NCBI GenBank assembly: GCA_026397405.1
Contig: JAPLUW010000001.1
Coordinates: 171,138 to 235,137 of the forward strand
Reading direction: 5' to 3'
Source: Candidatus Adlerbacteria bacterium
GTDB lineage: Bacteria; Patescibacteriota; Minisyncoccia; Phycocordibacterales; SBAW01
Length of the DNA stretch: 64,000 nucleotides
Position 1 is the stretch's first letter; each line of letters opens with the position of its first letter. The translations under genes were made by a program, and so were the position numbers. The notes under the pieces were generated by a model. It had not been told where the DNA came from, ran no database searches, and saw only the letters and a program-made list of their open reading frames with translations. This document shows, in pieces, positions 8,810 to 19,544 of the stretch.

Positions 8810-11065
8810 ATGGCGCGTAAAAATAGCAAACAATCAGCAAAAGAAAGTGCGAACCCATTGCGCACACTCCCGGACGAAACAAAGCGCGCTATCATAGCTG
8901 TCTTCCTTGTGGTGGTTGGGATCATCTTTACGCTTGCCTACTTTGGTGCAGCGGGAAACGGAGGCTCAGACGTCTACAGACTTTTTAACTATCTCCTTGG
9001 TGTTGGCTACTTCCTCGTACCGGTACTTTTTTTTATCCTCGCATGGAGCGCATTGCGAGAGGAGTCTACTGGCTTCAACCCGTTCAAGTTGCTCGCGAGT
9101 GCTATTTTTATTTTTGCAGGACTTGGGTTTGTCGACATTGTGTCGGGAAGAGGCGGCCTTGTGGGAGACGCTATTGCGCACCCGGCGGTCAACTTTTTTG
9201 ACATCTACGCAGCACTTATTTTGCTCGGTGGGTTGTCACTTATTTCGCTTCTTATACTACTCGAAGGAAAAATCTCAACGGCGCCGTTTATTTTCCTCGG
9301 GCAGTCATTCGCAGCGCTGGGCAGAAAAATAATGGCGCTCATTTTTAAACCAAAAGAAGTAGGAGACCTTTCCATTGAAGAACTACCCGAAGGTGATGAA
9401 GAAGATGGACTCGCGCCCACCTACGCACGTGTCGATGAAGAAGAGGACGAACCTGCGCGCACGCCAACACCTGCCCGCGCTGCGATTGCCACAGGACCCT
9501 CAGCAAAAGACCTTCAAGCAAAAAGTGCCGCTGCCAATTTAAAGAGCTTGCTTGGGGAATATACTCCCCCACCGCTCTCACTATTGGAACGTGACAAAGG
9601 CCGCCCCGGTGTTGGCGACATCAAAGCAAATGCAAATATCATTAAACGTACACTTGCGAACTTTGGCATTGTTGTCGAACTCGACGAAATCTCTATAGGT
9701 CCGTCCGTTACCCGTTACGCTATTAAACCCGCCGAAGGCGTTCGCCTCCAAAAGATTCTCTCGCTTCAAACCAACTTGGAGCTTGCACTGGCCGCCCACC
9801 CGGTACGTATCGAGGCACCAATTCCGGGCAAGTCACTTGTGGGTATCGAAGTCCCGAACTCGGCAAAAGTTACCGTGGGGTTGGGTACCCTGCTTGAAGC
9901 AAAAGAGTTTGCCGATTCACCTAAGCCCCTCTTGGTAGCTCTTGGCCGCGACATTGTTGGCAACTCACATTTTGGCAACATCGCTAAAATGCCGCATATG
10001 CTTATTGCTGGCGCAACCGGGTCGGGTAAGTCGGTAACAATACACGCGATTATCACCTCGCTGCTCTACCGTGCCGGCCCCCAACAACTACGGTTTTTGA
10101 TGATAGACCCTAAGCGTGTCGAGTTGACGCTATACAACAAAATCCCCCATCTCCTGTCGCCTGTTATCACCGACCCTAAAAAAGCTATCATGGCACTCCG
10201 CTGGGCAGGACGGGAAATGGAAAGGCGTTACAACATTTTGGAAGAACACCGCGTCCGCGATATCGACTCCTACCATCAAAATGTGCTTACCCCTGCACTT
10301 GAACGCATTAGGAAAGAGGGCGAACCTGAAGAGGGCGAACCTGTGCCCGAAGCCATGCCCTACATTGTGGTTGTCATAGACGAACTTGCCGACATTATGC
10401 AAACCTTCCCCCGCGAGTTGGAGGCCGCTATTGTCCGCCTAGCACAGATGAGCCGTGCCGTTGGTATCCACTTGTTACTTTCAACCCAACGCCCCTCTGT
10501 AAACGTTATTACCGGCCTTATCAAAGCAAACGTCCCGTCACGTTTGGCTCTACAAGTTGCATCACAAATAGACTCCCGCACCATTTTGGACCAAGGCGGA
10601 GCCGAAAAACTGCTCGGCGCGGGCGACATGTTGTACTTGGGCGGCGACATGGGTAAACCGGTGCGCTTGCAGAGCGCATTTATAGGCGAGGGGGAGGTTA
10701 AAAAGGTGACCGACTTTATCGCAAAAAATAACGATGTAGAAATTCCTATCGACATCGCAGCCCCTGCCCCTGGCGTAACGAGCATTTCATTAAACGACAG
10801 CGGGGGCACTGGTGGTGGGTTAGACGAAGAAGTTGACGACGACATGTACGAGGCGGCACATGCAGCCGTGCTTGAAGCCGGTAAAGCGTCTACATCGTAT
10901 ATCCAGCGCAAACTCCGTGTCGGATACGCACGCGCAGCCCGCTTGGTCGACATGCTTGAAGAGCGCGGAGTTATAGGACCCGGCGACGGTGCAAAACCCC
11001 GCGAAGTGCTTGGCCGTGCCCCTGTAGCTGGCGGCGAGCCGCATGATATGAGCGAGGAGGTATGA
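8810..11065 (+). CDS. ftsK: DNA translocase FtsK/SpoIIIE
   Basis: N-terminal TMs; GATGSGKS Walker A; IDPKRVEL; VIDELAD; gamma domain STSYIQRKLRVGYARAAR. Confidence 0.97.
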   Translation: MARKNSKQSAKESANPLRTLPDETKRAIIAVFLVVVGIIFTLAYFGAAGNGGSDVYRLFNYLLGVGYFLVPVLFFILAWSALREESTGFNPFKLLASAIFIFAGLGFVDIVSGRGGLVGDAIAHPAVNFFDIYAALILLGGLSLISLLILLEGKISTAPFIFLGQSFAALGRKIMALIFKPKEVGDLSIEELPEGDEEDGLAPTYARVDEEEDEPARTPTPARAAIATGPSAKDLQAKSAAANLKSLLGEYTPPPLSLLERDKGRPGVGDIKANANIIKRTLANFGIVVELDEISIGPSVTRYAIKPAEGVRLQKILSLQTNLELALAAHPVRIEAPIPGKSLVGIEVPNSAKVTVGLGTLLEAKEFADSPKPLLVALGRDIVGNSHFGNIAKMPHMLIAGATGSGKSVTIHAIITSLLYRAGPQQLRFLMIDPKRVELTLYNKIPHLLSPVITDPKKAIMALRWAGREMERRYNILEEHRVRDIDSYHQNVLTPALERIRKEGEPEEGEPVPEAMPYIVVVIDELADIMQTFPRELEAAIVRLAQMSRAVGIHLLLSTQRPSVNVITGLIKANVPSRLALQVASQIDSRTILDQGGAEKLLGAGDMLYLGGDMGKPVRLQSAFIGEGEVKKVTDFIAKNNDVEIPIDIAAPAPGVTSISLNDSGGTGGGLDEEVDDDMYEAAHAAVLEAGKASTSYIQRKLRVGYARAARLVDMLEERGVIGPGDGAKPREVLGRAPVAGGEPHDMSEEV

Positions 11066-11433
11066 GCCCCGCCCCTTCTGCCAGGCGGACATTTGTTTTT
11101 TCCATAACGGTCGCGTGCGTCGTCCTGCTCGTAGGCTACGGTCTGTTTGAAGCTCGCAGGCTTATCGAAGGCCCGCGCATCGTACTAGTGTCGCCCAAGG
11201 ACGGCAGCGCGACCTCTTCCAGTGCTGTTATTATTTCAGGAACAGCGGAAAATATCTCGTTTTTGACCATAAACGACAAACCTGCGTTTACCGACGAGGA
11301 CGGCCATTTTACGCTCACATTGTCTCCGCCTGCAGGGTATACTGTATTTACCGCCCGCGGCGTGGACCGCTTTGGCCGACGCACGTCGCGGATAGTTTCA
11401 ATAAATGTGCTGAACTATTGCCCTCTTGCGTAA
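11062..11433 (+). CDS. membrane-anchored Ig-like domain protein
   Basis: TM helix then beta-sandwich pattern; ATGA overlap with ftsK. Confidence 0.7.
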   Translation: MSPAPSARRTFVFSITVACVVLLVGYGLFEARRLIEGPRIVLVSPKDGSATSSSAVIISGTAENISFLTINDKPAFTDEDGHFTLTLSPPAGYTVFTARGVDRFGRRTSRIVSINVLNYCPLA

Positions 11434-11457
11434 CTTTATTCATTCACTTCCCCATCT

Positions 11458-12528
11458 ATGGCACCAAAAGCAAAAGAGAAAGAAAAAAAGACACCCGCAG
11501 AAGGAGGTCGCGACACCAGCGCCATTGATGCGGCAATACGTGAAATAAAAACTAAATTCGGCGAAGAGTCGATAATGAAGTTGGGCGAGACGGCAAAAGT
11601 AAACATCGACGCAATCCCCTCGGGCTCTATTGGCCTCGACTGGGCACTTGGCATTGGCGGGTACCCGCGTGGACGCATACTCGAAATTTTTGGCCCAGAA
11701 AGTTCCGGAAAGACTACTCTTACCCTGCACGCCATTGCTGAAGCGCAGAAAAAAGGCGGCATCTGCGCGTTTATAGACGCCGAACATGCGCTCGACCCGG
11801 AGTATGCAAAAAAAATCGGTGTAAAACTTGATGAGTTGCTTGTCTCGCAGCCAGACACAGGTGAGCAAGCGCTCGAGATTGTCGAAAGCCTTGTACGTTC
11901 AGGCAAAATCGACATTGTTGTTATCGACTCTGTTGCCGCACTTACACCAAAAGACGAAATCGAAGGAGACATGGGCGCGTTCCATGTGGGTAAACAGGCA
12001 CGCCTCATGAGCCAAGCGCTACGTAAGCTGACCGCCATTACCGCAAAGTCAAAAACGATTGTTATCTTTATTAACCAAATCCGTATGCAGATAGGCATGA
12101 TGTTTGGCAACCCAGAGACTACCCCGGGAGGTAAAGCATTAAAGTTTTATACATCGGTGCGTTTGGACATCCGCCGCATTGCGCAGATTAAAAAAGGCGA
12201 AGAAGTTGTCGGTGGCCGCCACCGCGTAAAAGTGGTTAAAAATAAAATTGCAGCACCGTTCCGCAAAGTGGAGTTCGATCTACTCTATAACGAAGGTATT
12301 TCCCGCGAGGGCGAGTTGTTGGCACTTGGCGAAAGTTTAGGAGTTGTCAGCAAAAGTGGCAGCTCGTACAGCTTTGGCGAAGAAAAGCTGGGCCGTGGCT
12401 ACGACGCGTCGCGAACCTTCCTGCGTGAAAACAAACCGATAGCGAATACCCTACTGAAACAGATCCGTACCGCGCTTGAAACAAACGCGCCTGCCAAAAG
12501 CGCAGGCGGTGGAGACTCGGACGAATAA
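11458..12528 (+). CDS. recA: recombinase RecA
   Basis: [27 protein letters not shown]. Confidence 0.99.
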   Translation: MAPKAKEKEKKTPAEGGRDTSAIDAAIREIKTKFGEESIMKLGETAKVNIDAIPSGSIGLDWALGIGGYPRGRILEIFGPESSGKTTLTLHAIAEAQKKGGICAFIDAEHALDPEYAKKIGVKLDELLVSQPDTGEQALEIVESLVRSGKIDIVVIDSVAALTPKDEIEGDMGAFHVGKQARLMSQALRKLTAITAKSKTIVIFINQIRMQIGMMFGNPETTPGGKALKFYTSVRLDIRRIAQIKKGEEVVGGRHRVKVVKNKIAAPFRKVEFDLLYNEGISREGELLALGESLGVVSKSGSSYSFGEEKLGRGYDASRTFLRENKPIANTLLKQIRTALETNAPAKSAGGGDSDE

Positions 12529-12541
12529 TATAAAAAGAAAA

Positions 12542-12569
12542 ACCTCCAGCGCCCGAAGGCACTGGAGGT
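12542..12569. terminator. hairpin terminator between convergent recA and orphan gene
   Basis: ACCTCCAG...CTGGAGGT stem with U-rich tract on minus strand. Confidence 0.65.
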
Positions 12570-12593
12570 GATTGTGGCCATGAAGCCGAGAGA

Positions 12594-13025
12594 CTACTTG
12601 TCGGCCATCGCGCCCTTGTTGGCATAGGCCCGCTCGAGCATCGCTGCCAGGCCACGAGGAACCTTGGGCTCGGCGCCGTCGGTGACGTCGTAGGCCGCCG
12701 CGAAGTCGACGTAGGACTGGCGCTTCGCCTTGCTGAGCTGATCACGGCTGCTGTAGAGCGACAGATAGGCCGCGTCGACCTTGTGGAAGACACGCAACTT
12801 GTCATCGCCGATGGTCACGAGGCGCGTCTGCGCAGTGGCCAGGTCGGCATGGCCGTCGAGCAGGTGCGCGAACCGTTCCTTGCCGATCAGGCCCTTCTTG
12901 GCCATCAGCATGTCGATGGCAGCACAGATCGAGTCGGCGACGGAAACCGGTGGAAGGCTTTTCACGAGCCGATCTTCGTACGTCGCGCTCTTCTGCGGCT
13001 GACCAGTCATGGGCTTGTCGGTCAT
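12594..13025 (-). CDS. GC-rich orphan hypothetical protein
   Basis: 143 aa, strong G/C third-position bias, GAAGGAAG before ATG, own TTGACT-17-TATATT promoter. Confidence 0.65.
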   Translation of the reverse strand: MTDKPMTGQPQKSATYEDRLVKSLPPVSVADSICAAIDMLMAKKGLIGKERFAHLLDGHADLATAQTRLVTIGDDKLRVFHKVDAAYLSLYSSRDQLSKAKRQSYVDFAAAYDVTDGAEPKVPRGLAAMLERAYANKGAMADK

Positions 13026-13132
13026 TTGTCTTCCTTCGTTGTGTGCGGGGACATCCCCGCGACTCGTTACGTCCGGATATGGACAAGAAGCAATATAAAT
13101 TACTAGTTAAAAGAAGTCAAGCCCCTACCCTT

Positions 13133-13462
13133 TTAGGCAGCAAAGGTGTTTTTTGGAGAATTTGCGCGCGACATATCAACACCCATAGCAACAAGTGCGC
13201 AGGCACCCACCAACAGTGCCAACTGGACTATAAGTTTGGTTCCAAGCACTGCAGAGATAATGAAAGCCTCAATACTCCCTACCCCACCGCTTGCAACGTT
13301 AGACAAGTTTGCAGCAACATGTGGCAGCGAGACAAAAAATACTGTCCCTACAAACGAAAGCACGAGCGCGTAACACTCCAGCGCAAAACGGCTTGTGAGC
13401 CTACGTGCGGTGTAGACAACCGCAACACTCGCCATTACCTGTTGTTCAATTTTACTCTTCAT
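13133..13462 (-). CDS. small membrane protein downstream of ECF sigma (possible anti-sigma)
   Basis: MKSKIEQQVMASV start; two hydrophobic segments; co-oriented after sigma gene. Confidence 0.6.
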   Translation of the reverse strand: MKSKIEQQVMASVAVVYTARRLTSRFALECYALVLSFVGTVFFVSLPHVAANLSNVASGGVGSIEAFIISAVLGTKLIVQLALLVGACALVAMGVDMSRANSPKNTFAA

Positions 13463-13475
13463 ATATATATACAAA

Positions 13476-14069
13476 CTATATCTTAGTGCTAATAGTTTCG
13501 TAGATCTTTTTAAACTCCTTTTTTGCACGATGGACGCGGGTTTTAATTGCCCCAACACTCACACCCTCTTCCCCCGCCATTTCTTCCTGCGACTTCCCTT
13601 CTATAAAAAAGGCATTCAATGCGCGGGCAAAAACTTCGGGCATGCGCGAGAGTACCGACGCCACCTCGTCCATAAATTCTTTTTTCTCAAATTGGCGGAG
13701 GTTTTTGTCGGGGATAAGTGCCCAGATTTCTTCATCTAACTCTACCTGTCTGCCACCCTGCTTTTTTTGTTTTTGGTAATGGGTCAGCGCAGTGTTTATA
13801 ACAATACGGTAGGCCCAGGACGAAAATGACGCGCCGTCTTGTTTTTTAAATTTCTGCGCGTTTATATAAATCTTGGTGAAGGCTTCTTGCACGACATCTT
13901 CTGCCTCTTCCTGTACGCGGACAATGTTCACCGCTTTGCGCATAAACGCTTCTTCGTACTTGCGCACAAGCAGTGCAAAAAGCGCGGGATGTGTGACAGA
14001 CGCAGCAAGTAACTCCTCGTCAGAGTAGTCTTTTCCCTCTTCTTCCAGCGAGAGATATCCTTCGTTCAT
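13476..14069 (-). CDS. ECF RNA polymerase sigma factor
   Basis: AEDVVQEAF, FSSWAYRIVINTAL, region 4 SVGAIKTRVHRAK. Confidence 0.93.
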   Translation of the reverse strand: MNEGYLSLEEEGKDYSDEELLAASVTHPALFALLVRKYEEAFMRKAVNIVRVQEEAEDVVQEAFTKIYINAQKFKKQDGASFSSWAYRIVINTALTHYQKQKKQGGRQVELDEEIWALIPDKNLRQFEKKEFMDEVASVLSRMPEVFARALNAFFIEGKSQEEMAGEEGVSVGAIKTRVHRAKKEFKKIYETISTKI

Positions 14070-14170
14070 GACTACACTGTATATCATGGTGCCCTGTTTA
14101 CAACCACACAGAGCCCAAAAAGTTTCGCTCTAGAGCTCGACAAAGTGGCCTTTTTAAGTAGAATGCGTGG

Positions 14171-14746
14171 ATGGCAATGCTTGAATATAACGAGATTTTA
14201 AATAAAAAAGTAATTCTGCTCGACGGCGCTCCGTACGAAGTGTTGGACGCGCACGTCTTCCGCAAACAGCAGCGCAAGCCAGTTAACCAGACAAAACTCC
14301 GCCACCTTATTACCGGCAAAGTGACCGAACACGCCTTCCATGTATCGGAAAAAGCTGAAGAGGCCGACCTGTCTTTAAAGAGCGTAAAGTATCTCTACGC
14401 TGCAAAAGGCGAATACTGGTTCTGTGCCGAAAACAATCCCGCAGACCGCTTTACACTTTCGGCAGACACGGTTGGCACCGGTGCGCAATTTATGAAGACA
14501 AATTCTGTCATAGACGCGGTTGTCTTTGACGAGAAAATAATTTCTGTCCGTATCCCAATTAAAGTCGAACTTGTTGTGAAAGAAGCGCCACCCGCTGTGC
14601 GTGGCAACACATCACAAGGCGGCAACAAAATAATTACCCTCGAAACCGGCGCCACAGTAAACGCCCCTCTGTTTATAAACGAAGGAGATGTAGTGCTTAT
14701 AAACACCGAAGTTGGTAACTACGTCGAACGAGTCGATAAGAAATAA
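14171..14746 (+). CDS. efp: elongation factor P
   Basis: PPAVRGNT, LETGATVNAPLFINEGD. Confidence 0.95.
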   Translation: MAMLEYNEILNKKVILLDGAPYEVLDAHVFRKQQRKPVNQTKLRHLITGKVTEHAFHVSEKAEEADLSLKSVKYLYAAKGEYWFCAENNPADRFTLSADTVGTGAQFMKTNSVIDAVVFDEKIISVRIPIKVELVVKEAPPAVRGNTSQGGNKIITLETGATVNAPLFINEGDVVLINTEVGNYVERVDKK

Positions 14747-14772
14747 AAAAGCCCCCGACTCGGGGGCTTTTT
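14745..14772. terminator. bidirectional terminator efp/rpsR
   Basis: AAAAAAGCCCCCGA-CT-CGGGGGCTTTTT. Confidence 0.85.
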
Positions 14773-14790
14773 TATTTTAATGCTGTGAAT

Positions 14791-14994
14791 TTAGCGAACA
14801 ATAAACGGCAGGAGTGCCATAAAGCGAGCGCGCTTAACAGCTTCGGCCAGGGCGCGCTGGTTTGCAGCCGAAAGGCCGGTGCGGCGGCGCGGCATAATTT
14901 TACCGTGCGGGTTTAAAAACTTCTTGAGCATCTCGACGTCTTTGTAGTCGATACGCTGGAAGTGCGCTACATAATTATCTGTTTTATTTGGCAT
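14791..14994 (-). CDS. rpsR: 30S ribosomal protein bS18
   Basis: [13 protein letters not shown]...[19 protein letters not shown]; no Zn Cys motif. Confidence 0.97.
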   Translation of the reverse strand: MPNKTDNYVAHFQRIDYKDVEMLKKFLNPHGKIMPRRRTGLSAANQRALAEAVKRARFMALLPFIVR

Positions 14995-15020
14995 AAAGGT
15001 TAGTTAATTGCTTGTGATGG

Positions 15021-15473
15021 CTAGAATGGGATGTCGTCTGGGTTAATGTCTTCCTGGGGGTAGTCTATCGCGTCGTCTTTAGGGGCTGGCTGCTCTTCTC
15101 CCCCACGGCTTGCACCTGCGCTTGTCGAAGGAGATCCTCCCCCTCCAGGCCCTGAGGTGCGCGAGCCGAACTGGACACGCTCGGCAACTACTTCTGTCCG
15201 GTACTGCTTACCTTTTTCTGGAGTCTCCCAGCTGCGGGTCTGCATACGGCCGTCGATAAGTGCTGAAGAACCTTTTTTCAAATACTGCGCCGACGTTTCT
15301 GCTTGGCGACCAAACACCACAACGTTGTGATACTCTGGCACGTCTTCCCACGTTTCGCCTTTTTTAACGCGGCGGTTTGTTGCAACACTAAACGTTGCAA
15401 CCTGCCCACCACTTGGGAGTGTTTTCAACTCCGGGTCGCGGGTCAAGTTTCCGTACAGAATGACTTTATTCAT
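15021..15473 (-). CDS. ssb: single-stranded DNA-binding protein
   Basis: MNKVILYGNLTRDPE...DDIPF. Confidence 0.98.
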   Translation of the reverse strand: MNKVILYGNLTRDPELKTLPSGGQVATFSVATNRRVKKGETWEDVPEYHNVVVFGRQAETSAQYLKKGSSALIDGRMQTRSWETPEKGKQYRTEVVAERVQFGSRTSGPGGGGSPSTSAGASRGGEEQPAPKDDAIDYPQEDINPDDIPF

Positions 15474-15492
15474 ACACCTAGTATATCGCGTT

Positions 15493-16008
15493 TTACGACA
15501 CCAGCGCGTCCAGAGACTTGTCGATTTCCTCCTGCGAGATTTCTGCAGGTTTTTCTACTGGAGCGTCTTCAACAGGCTTTTTGATTGTCTCCCCTTCCAA
15601 ACGGTCAGAAGCAAAGACTGCGCGGCGTGGAGCTGCCTGAATGTCCTCGCGGACAGTTTCGATAACCAAGTAACGGAGAACATTTTTGTTTGCACGGAGT
15701 GCCTCCTGCAGTGCAGGAAGTGCCTCACGGCCAAGAGCAAATTTGATAAAACCAAAATATGCTTCTGTGCTCTTTTCGCGTTTACCTGTTTCCGAGCGGA
15801 CAATTGTGTACGCAAGGGTCATCTTCTGCGGGAACTCTTCACTAATAATTTCAGCGTCGCCAAGAGCTGACTTAATTTCGGCCACAACCGAAGCAACGCC
15901 ATCATCACCCACTGTTGGGGCAACATGAAAGCCGACCTCATATACGGGGCGGCTTTCGGAGACATTCGCTTGGGTTAAGACCTCGGCGGTCTGCGATTTT
16001 TCTACCAT
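15493..16008 (-). CDS. rpsF: 30S ribosomal protein bS6 with extensions
   Basis: YEVGFHV...LAYTI...VLRYLVI; rpsF-ssb-rpsR order. Confidence 0.9.
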   Translation of the reverse strand: MVEKSQTAEVLTQANVSESRPVYEVGFHVAPTVGDDGVASVVAEIKSALGDAEIISEEFPQKMTLAYTIVRSETGKREKSTEAYFGFIKFALGREALPALQEALRANKNVLRYLVIETVREDIQAAPRRAVFASDRLEGETIKKPVEDAPVEKPAEISQEEIDKSLDALVS

Positions 16009-16116
16009 GCAAGGAGCGTACCACAAAGATGCAATTTTGCAACCAGAAAGCAGAAAGGCGAATCATTTGAGTGATTCGCCTGGGCGTTTTAAGGAAACGC
16101 TCCTAAACCTTAACTT

Positions 16117-16347
16117 TTACCAGCCGAACTTGCGTTCGAACCAGTCGCTGGTGATCTCCCAGATCCAGGCCCCGAGAGCGAGGGGTCCCATAATGGCGAC
16201 CAGGACGGACACCGTCCGCAGCCACACATTACAGAAGATTGTGCTGCGCTGCATGCAATAGTCCTGCCAGTGGATCATACCGCCGAGGCCGAAGCCAAAG
16301 GCAATCATACCGACAAGGCCGATGACGAGAAACAAAATCGCGCGCAT
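16117..16347 (-). CDS. GC-rich orphan small membrane protein
   Basis: 76 aa, two TMs, GGAG SD, TTGACA-17-TATGAT promoter upstream. Confidence 0.6.
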   Translation of the reverse strand: MRAILFLVIGLVGMIAFGFGLGGMIHWQDYCMQRSTIFCNVWLRTVSVLVAIMGPLALGAWIWEITSDWFERKFGW

Positions 16348-16517
16348 AACATTTCTCCGTGTTGGCGATACTAGGCGGAATTGCCTAGTGTCGCAGGGAA
16401 ATCAACGTACGTGAACTCTGTATATATCATACTACTATCTTTATATTTTGTCAAGGGGTACAAAACCCCGCAAAATAATGCTATTTTGGGCACCTATGCG
16501 GCCTTTTGTTTAAAACC

Positions 16518-17969
16518 TTAGTGGATTGGAGTCGAATAACCCATCTCTTCTTCCAGCTCTATCCCCGCCTCTTCGAGTGGTTTATGCATCGTTTTGCGTA
16601 ATGGGAGTTCGGGTAGGAACAATACGAGGAAAAACGCTGGCACGACAACTGCCGCGGCAATTAAAAACGTTGTTGGGAGTGCCGCGCTTAGTGCCATACC
16701 GCTTGCGAGCCGCGCGTTTACGAGGCCGCCAAAAAACGCTCCTCCAACCGACGCACCAATACTGCGGAACAGCTGCACCGACGCAGTCACCACGCCAAGT
16801 TTTTCCTGCCCAAAGGCGTTTTGCACCACGATGTTAAACACCGGCAGTGTGATACCAAGCCCCGCGCCCATAAATATCATCTTCAAAATTATTTCCATTT
16901 TTGTGCTGTCGGCACCCATGCGTGAAAACAAAAACAGACCCACAGCAACCATCACCACCCCGCACACGACCAGCACTTTGTATTTGCCCGTGCGCGAAAC
17001 AATCTGCCCCGACAGGGCGCTCATGACAACAATACCAAGCATCAGCGGCGTCAAAATAAGCCCCGCGTGCGTTGCGCTAAAGCCGGCCACTTGCTGGGCA
17101 AAGAGCGGCAAGTAAATAATCGAGCCAAACATTCCAATAGCGGTTAAAAACACCGAAGATACAGAGATTGAAAATGCACGGTTACGGAACAACGACAGCG
17201 GCAACACTGGGTCTTGTGCGCGTTCTTCCACAAAGATAAATGCAACAAACGCCGCGAGTGCTGCGGCAAACAGGCACTGTATCGTGAAGGAACCCCACGC
17301 GTACGTGCTGCCGCCCCACACAAGTGCCAACAAAAAAGGCACAAGTGTCGCACCAATTAAAAACGCACCGAGGAAGTCTATCGGATACTTTTTTTGCACA
17401 TGCTTAATGCGCGGCAGCGTTAGTGCAATGACCGCAAGCGCCAAAAGCCCGAGCGGGATGTTGATATAAAATATCCAACGCCACGAGTACGAGTCGGTTA
17501 TCCATCCGCCAAGGAGAGGCCCTGCAACGGAGGCAATACCAAACATGCCGCCGAGCAGGCCCATCCACTTGCCGCGCTCGGCCGGCGGGAAAAGGTCACC
17601 TACAATGGCAAACGAGTTGACCATAATCGCCCCGCCGCCAATACCCTGTATTGCGCGGAACGCGATCAACGCAAACATCGACGTTGCCATACCCGAAAGT
17701 ACGGAACCGACGAGGAAGATAACGATGCCAAAGATATAAAAAATGCGACGGCCGTAAATGTCGGAGAGTTTGCCGTACAGCGGCACGGTTACGGTCGAGG
17801 CCAGCATGTATGCGGTAAAGACCCACGACAAATGTTCCATGCCGTGCAGGTCGGCAACAATACGCGGCAGTGCAGTTGAGACAATAGTTTGGTCGAGGGC
17901 TGAAAGCAGCATGGCAAGCATCGCCCCGCACATAGCGGCGACTTTTGGGTTGCGTAAAAATGTTGGCAT
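16518..17969 (-). CDS. MFS multidrug efflux transporter (DHA2-like)
   Basis: [21 protein letters not shown], many TMs. Confidence 0.93.
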   Translation of the reverse strand: MPTFLRNPKVAAMCGAMLAMLLSALDQTIVSTALPRIVADLHGMEHLSWVFTAYMLASTVTVPLYGKLSDIYGRRIFYIFGIVIFLVGSVLSGMATSMFALIAFRAIQGIGGGAIMVNSFAIVGDLFPPAERGKWMGLLGGMFGIASVAGPLLGGWITDSYSWRWIFYINIPLGLLALAVIALTLPRIKHVQKKYPIDFLGAFLIGATLVPFLLALVWGGSTYAWGSFTIQCLFAAALAAFVAFIFVEERAQDPVLPLSLFRNRAFSISVSSVFLTAIGMFGSIIYLPLFAQQVAGFSATHAGLILTPLMLGIVVMSALSGQIVSRTGKYKVLVVCGVVMVAVGLFLFSRMGADSTKMEIILKMIFMGAGLGITLPVFNIVVQNAFGQEKLGVVTASVQLFRSIGASVGGAFFGGLVNARLASGMALSAALPTTFLIAAAVVVPAFFLVLFLPELPLRKTMHKPLEEAGIELEEEMGYSTPIH

Positions 17970-18016
17970 CGCAGTAGTATACCAAATTGGCCTTTTTACT
18001 GCCTGTTTGGGCAAAA

Positions 18017-18066
18017 AGATACCCCGAGTGTTGGAGATACTCGGGGTATCTTCCAACGCTCGGGGC
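18017..18066 (-). terminator. overlapping alternative hairpins/terminator after orphan gene
   Basis: AAGATACCCCGAGT/ACTCGGGGTATCTT + U tract, and overlapping CCCCGAGCGTTGG/CCAACACTCGGGG. Confidence 0.6.
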
Positions 18067-18068
18067 GT

Positions 18069-18605
18069 TTACTTCTGCTTGTCGATCGGCCGGCAGGTCT
18101 CGTCGCCGGTGCCGGCGTGCATCTTGGTCTGGCCCGCCGGGCACACAGCCGGCGGCTTGGCGTCGGCTGTCTTGCCGACGCGCTTGGTGTCGAGTTCGAA
18201 CTGCTCGGCCATCTTGCTGAGCTTCTCGACACCGAAGCGCTTCCGGGCCTCGATAGCTCCCATCAGGAGCTTGAGGTCCGACTCGAGCAGCTCCCTGGTC
18301 GAATAGAACTTGTCCGCCCCGAGCAGGCCGAAGTGGAACTGGTCCAGCTTGGTGCCGTTGGTCTCGTTGGTAGGACAGACCTCCGACTTCACACGCAGCG
18401 ACTTGACCGTGTCCGGCCGGCCGAATACGTCCTTCGTCCAGTCGAGCACGGTCAGCTTGTGCTCGGTATAGGGGTCGCAGTCGGCAGCGAATGCCGGCGA
18501 CACGTCGACCATCGCCAGAAAGGCGATGGTCGCGAAGACGAGCCGGAGCGGCCTGCCCTCGAGATACTCCCGGACGCGCCCGATGGCGCCAATGAAGGTG
18601 TTCAT
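18069..18605 (-). CDS. GC-rich orphan secreted hypothetical protein
   Basis: 178 aa, signal-peptide-like SPAFAA, G/C third-position bias, GGAGAG SD, TGcTATAAT promoter. Confidence 0.65.
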   Translation of the reverse strand: MNTFIGAIGRVREYLEGRPLRLVFATIAFLAMVDVSPAFAADCDPYTEHKLTVLDWTKDVFGRPDTVKSLRVKSEVCPTNETNGTKLDQFHFGLLGADKFYSTRELLESDLKLLMGAIEARKRFGVEKLSKMAEQFELDTKRVGKTADAKPPAVCPAGQTKMHAGTGDETCRPIDKQK

Positions 18606-18694
18606 CTTTTTCTCTCCACATGTTGCAACGCGTAGGGCCGAAATAGCCCTTTAAACCGTTGATACTACCTCTACTATTATAGCACCCTTTGGTG

Positions 18695-19543
18695 CTACTT
18701 GTCAAGTCTAAAAATACGCTTAGAATTAAGGATTATTTGGGCGGCCATCGCCTCTTCAGTAATACCTTTTATACCTGCCATGGCCTTTACCACTTCCTGC
18801 ACATGCATGGGTTCGTTGCGTTGGCCGCGAAATGGCACCGGCGTAATGTAGGGCGCATCGGTTTCTGTCAGCAACATGTCGAGCGGCGTATTTTTTACCA
18901 CCTCGTCGTAGTCATGGGTAAACGTAAGCACCCCGGTAAACGAAAGTGTAAAACCTAAATTTAAAAACTGTTGCGCAATGTCCCAGTTCCCTGCAAAAAA
19001 GTGCACGTCGCCCTGTACTTTGGCGTGTGTTTTTAAAATCTCGAGCGCGTCTTTGTATGCGTTTGCATCACTCCCGCTTTGGTGGGCTCCGTCGCGGATA
19101 TGCAGCATCAGTGGTTTACCCAACTTGTTTGCAAGTTCGATATGCTGCACAAAAACTTCCCTCTGGAGTTGTTTGGTGTCTTCTTCTAGCCGGTAATAAT
19201 CCAACCCGCATTCCCCTATCGCAATCACTCTGTCTGACTTTCCTAATTCTTCGTACGCAGCAAAATCAAATTTCTCACCTCTTGATGTAAATGCTTTCCC
19301 CTCCCCTCCCAATTCTTTTTCATCGTGGTACGACTTTGCTGTATGTACCGGGTGCAGCGCTACACTTGCATAGACGTCGCCCATTTCTTTTTCTGCACAT
19401 TCTACTGCTGCACGCGAAGTGTCCAACTGGGTTCCAACCAAGTTCATCCCAACTTCTGCTTCGCGAGCACGCACAAACACCTCGTCCCGGTCTGCGTCGT
19501 ATGCAGCAAACTGCACGTGCGTATGTGCATCAAAATATTTCAC
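18695..19543 (-). CDS. tatD: TatD family DNase
   Basis: DAHTH, AIGECGLDY, LTETDAPY; GTG start. Confidence 0.95.
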   Translation of the reverse strand: MKYFDAHTHVQFAAYDADRDEVFVRAREAEVGMNLVGTQLDTSRAAVECAEKEMGDVYASVALHPVHTAKSYHDEKELGGEGKAFTSRGEKFDFAAYEELGKSDRVIAIGECGLDYYRLEEDTKQLQREVFVQHIELANKLGKPLMLHIRDGAHQSGSDANAYKDALEILKTHAKVQGDVHFFAGNWDIAQQFLNLGFTLSFTGVLTFTHDYDEVVKNTPLDMLLTETDAPYITPVPFRGQRNEPMHVQEVVKAMAGIKGITEEAMAAQIILNSKRIFRLDK

Positions 19544-19544
19544 A

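Noticed and set aside
17596-18705. 369-aa minus-strand ORF and other long alternative-frame ORFs (e.g. 25764-26753, 28184-29059, 32042-32803)
   Set aside because: Shadow frames of real genes, with no recognisable motifs
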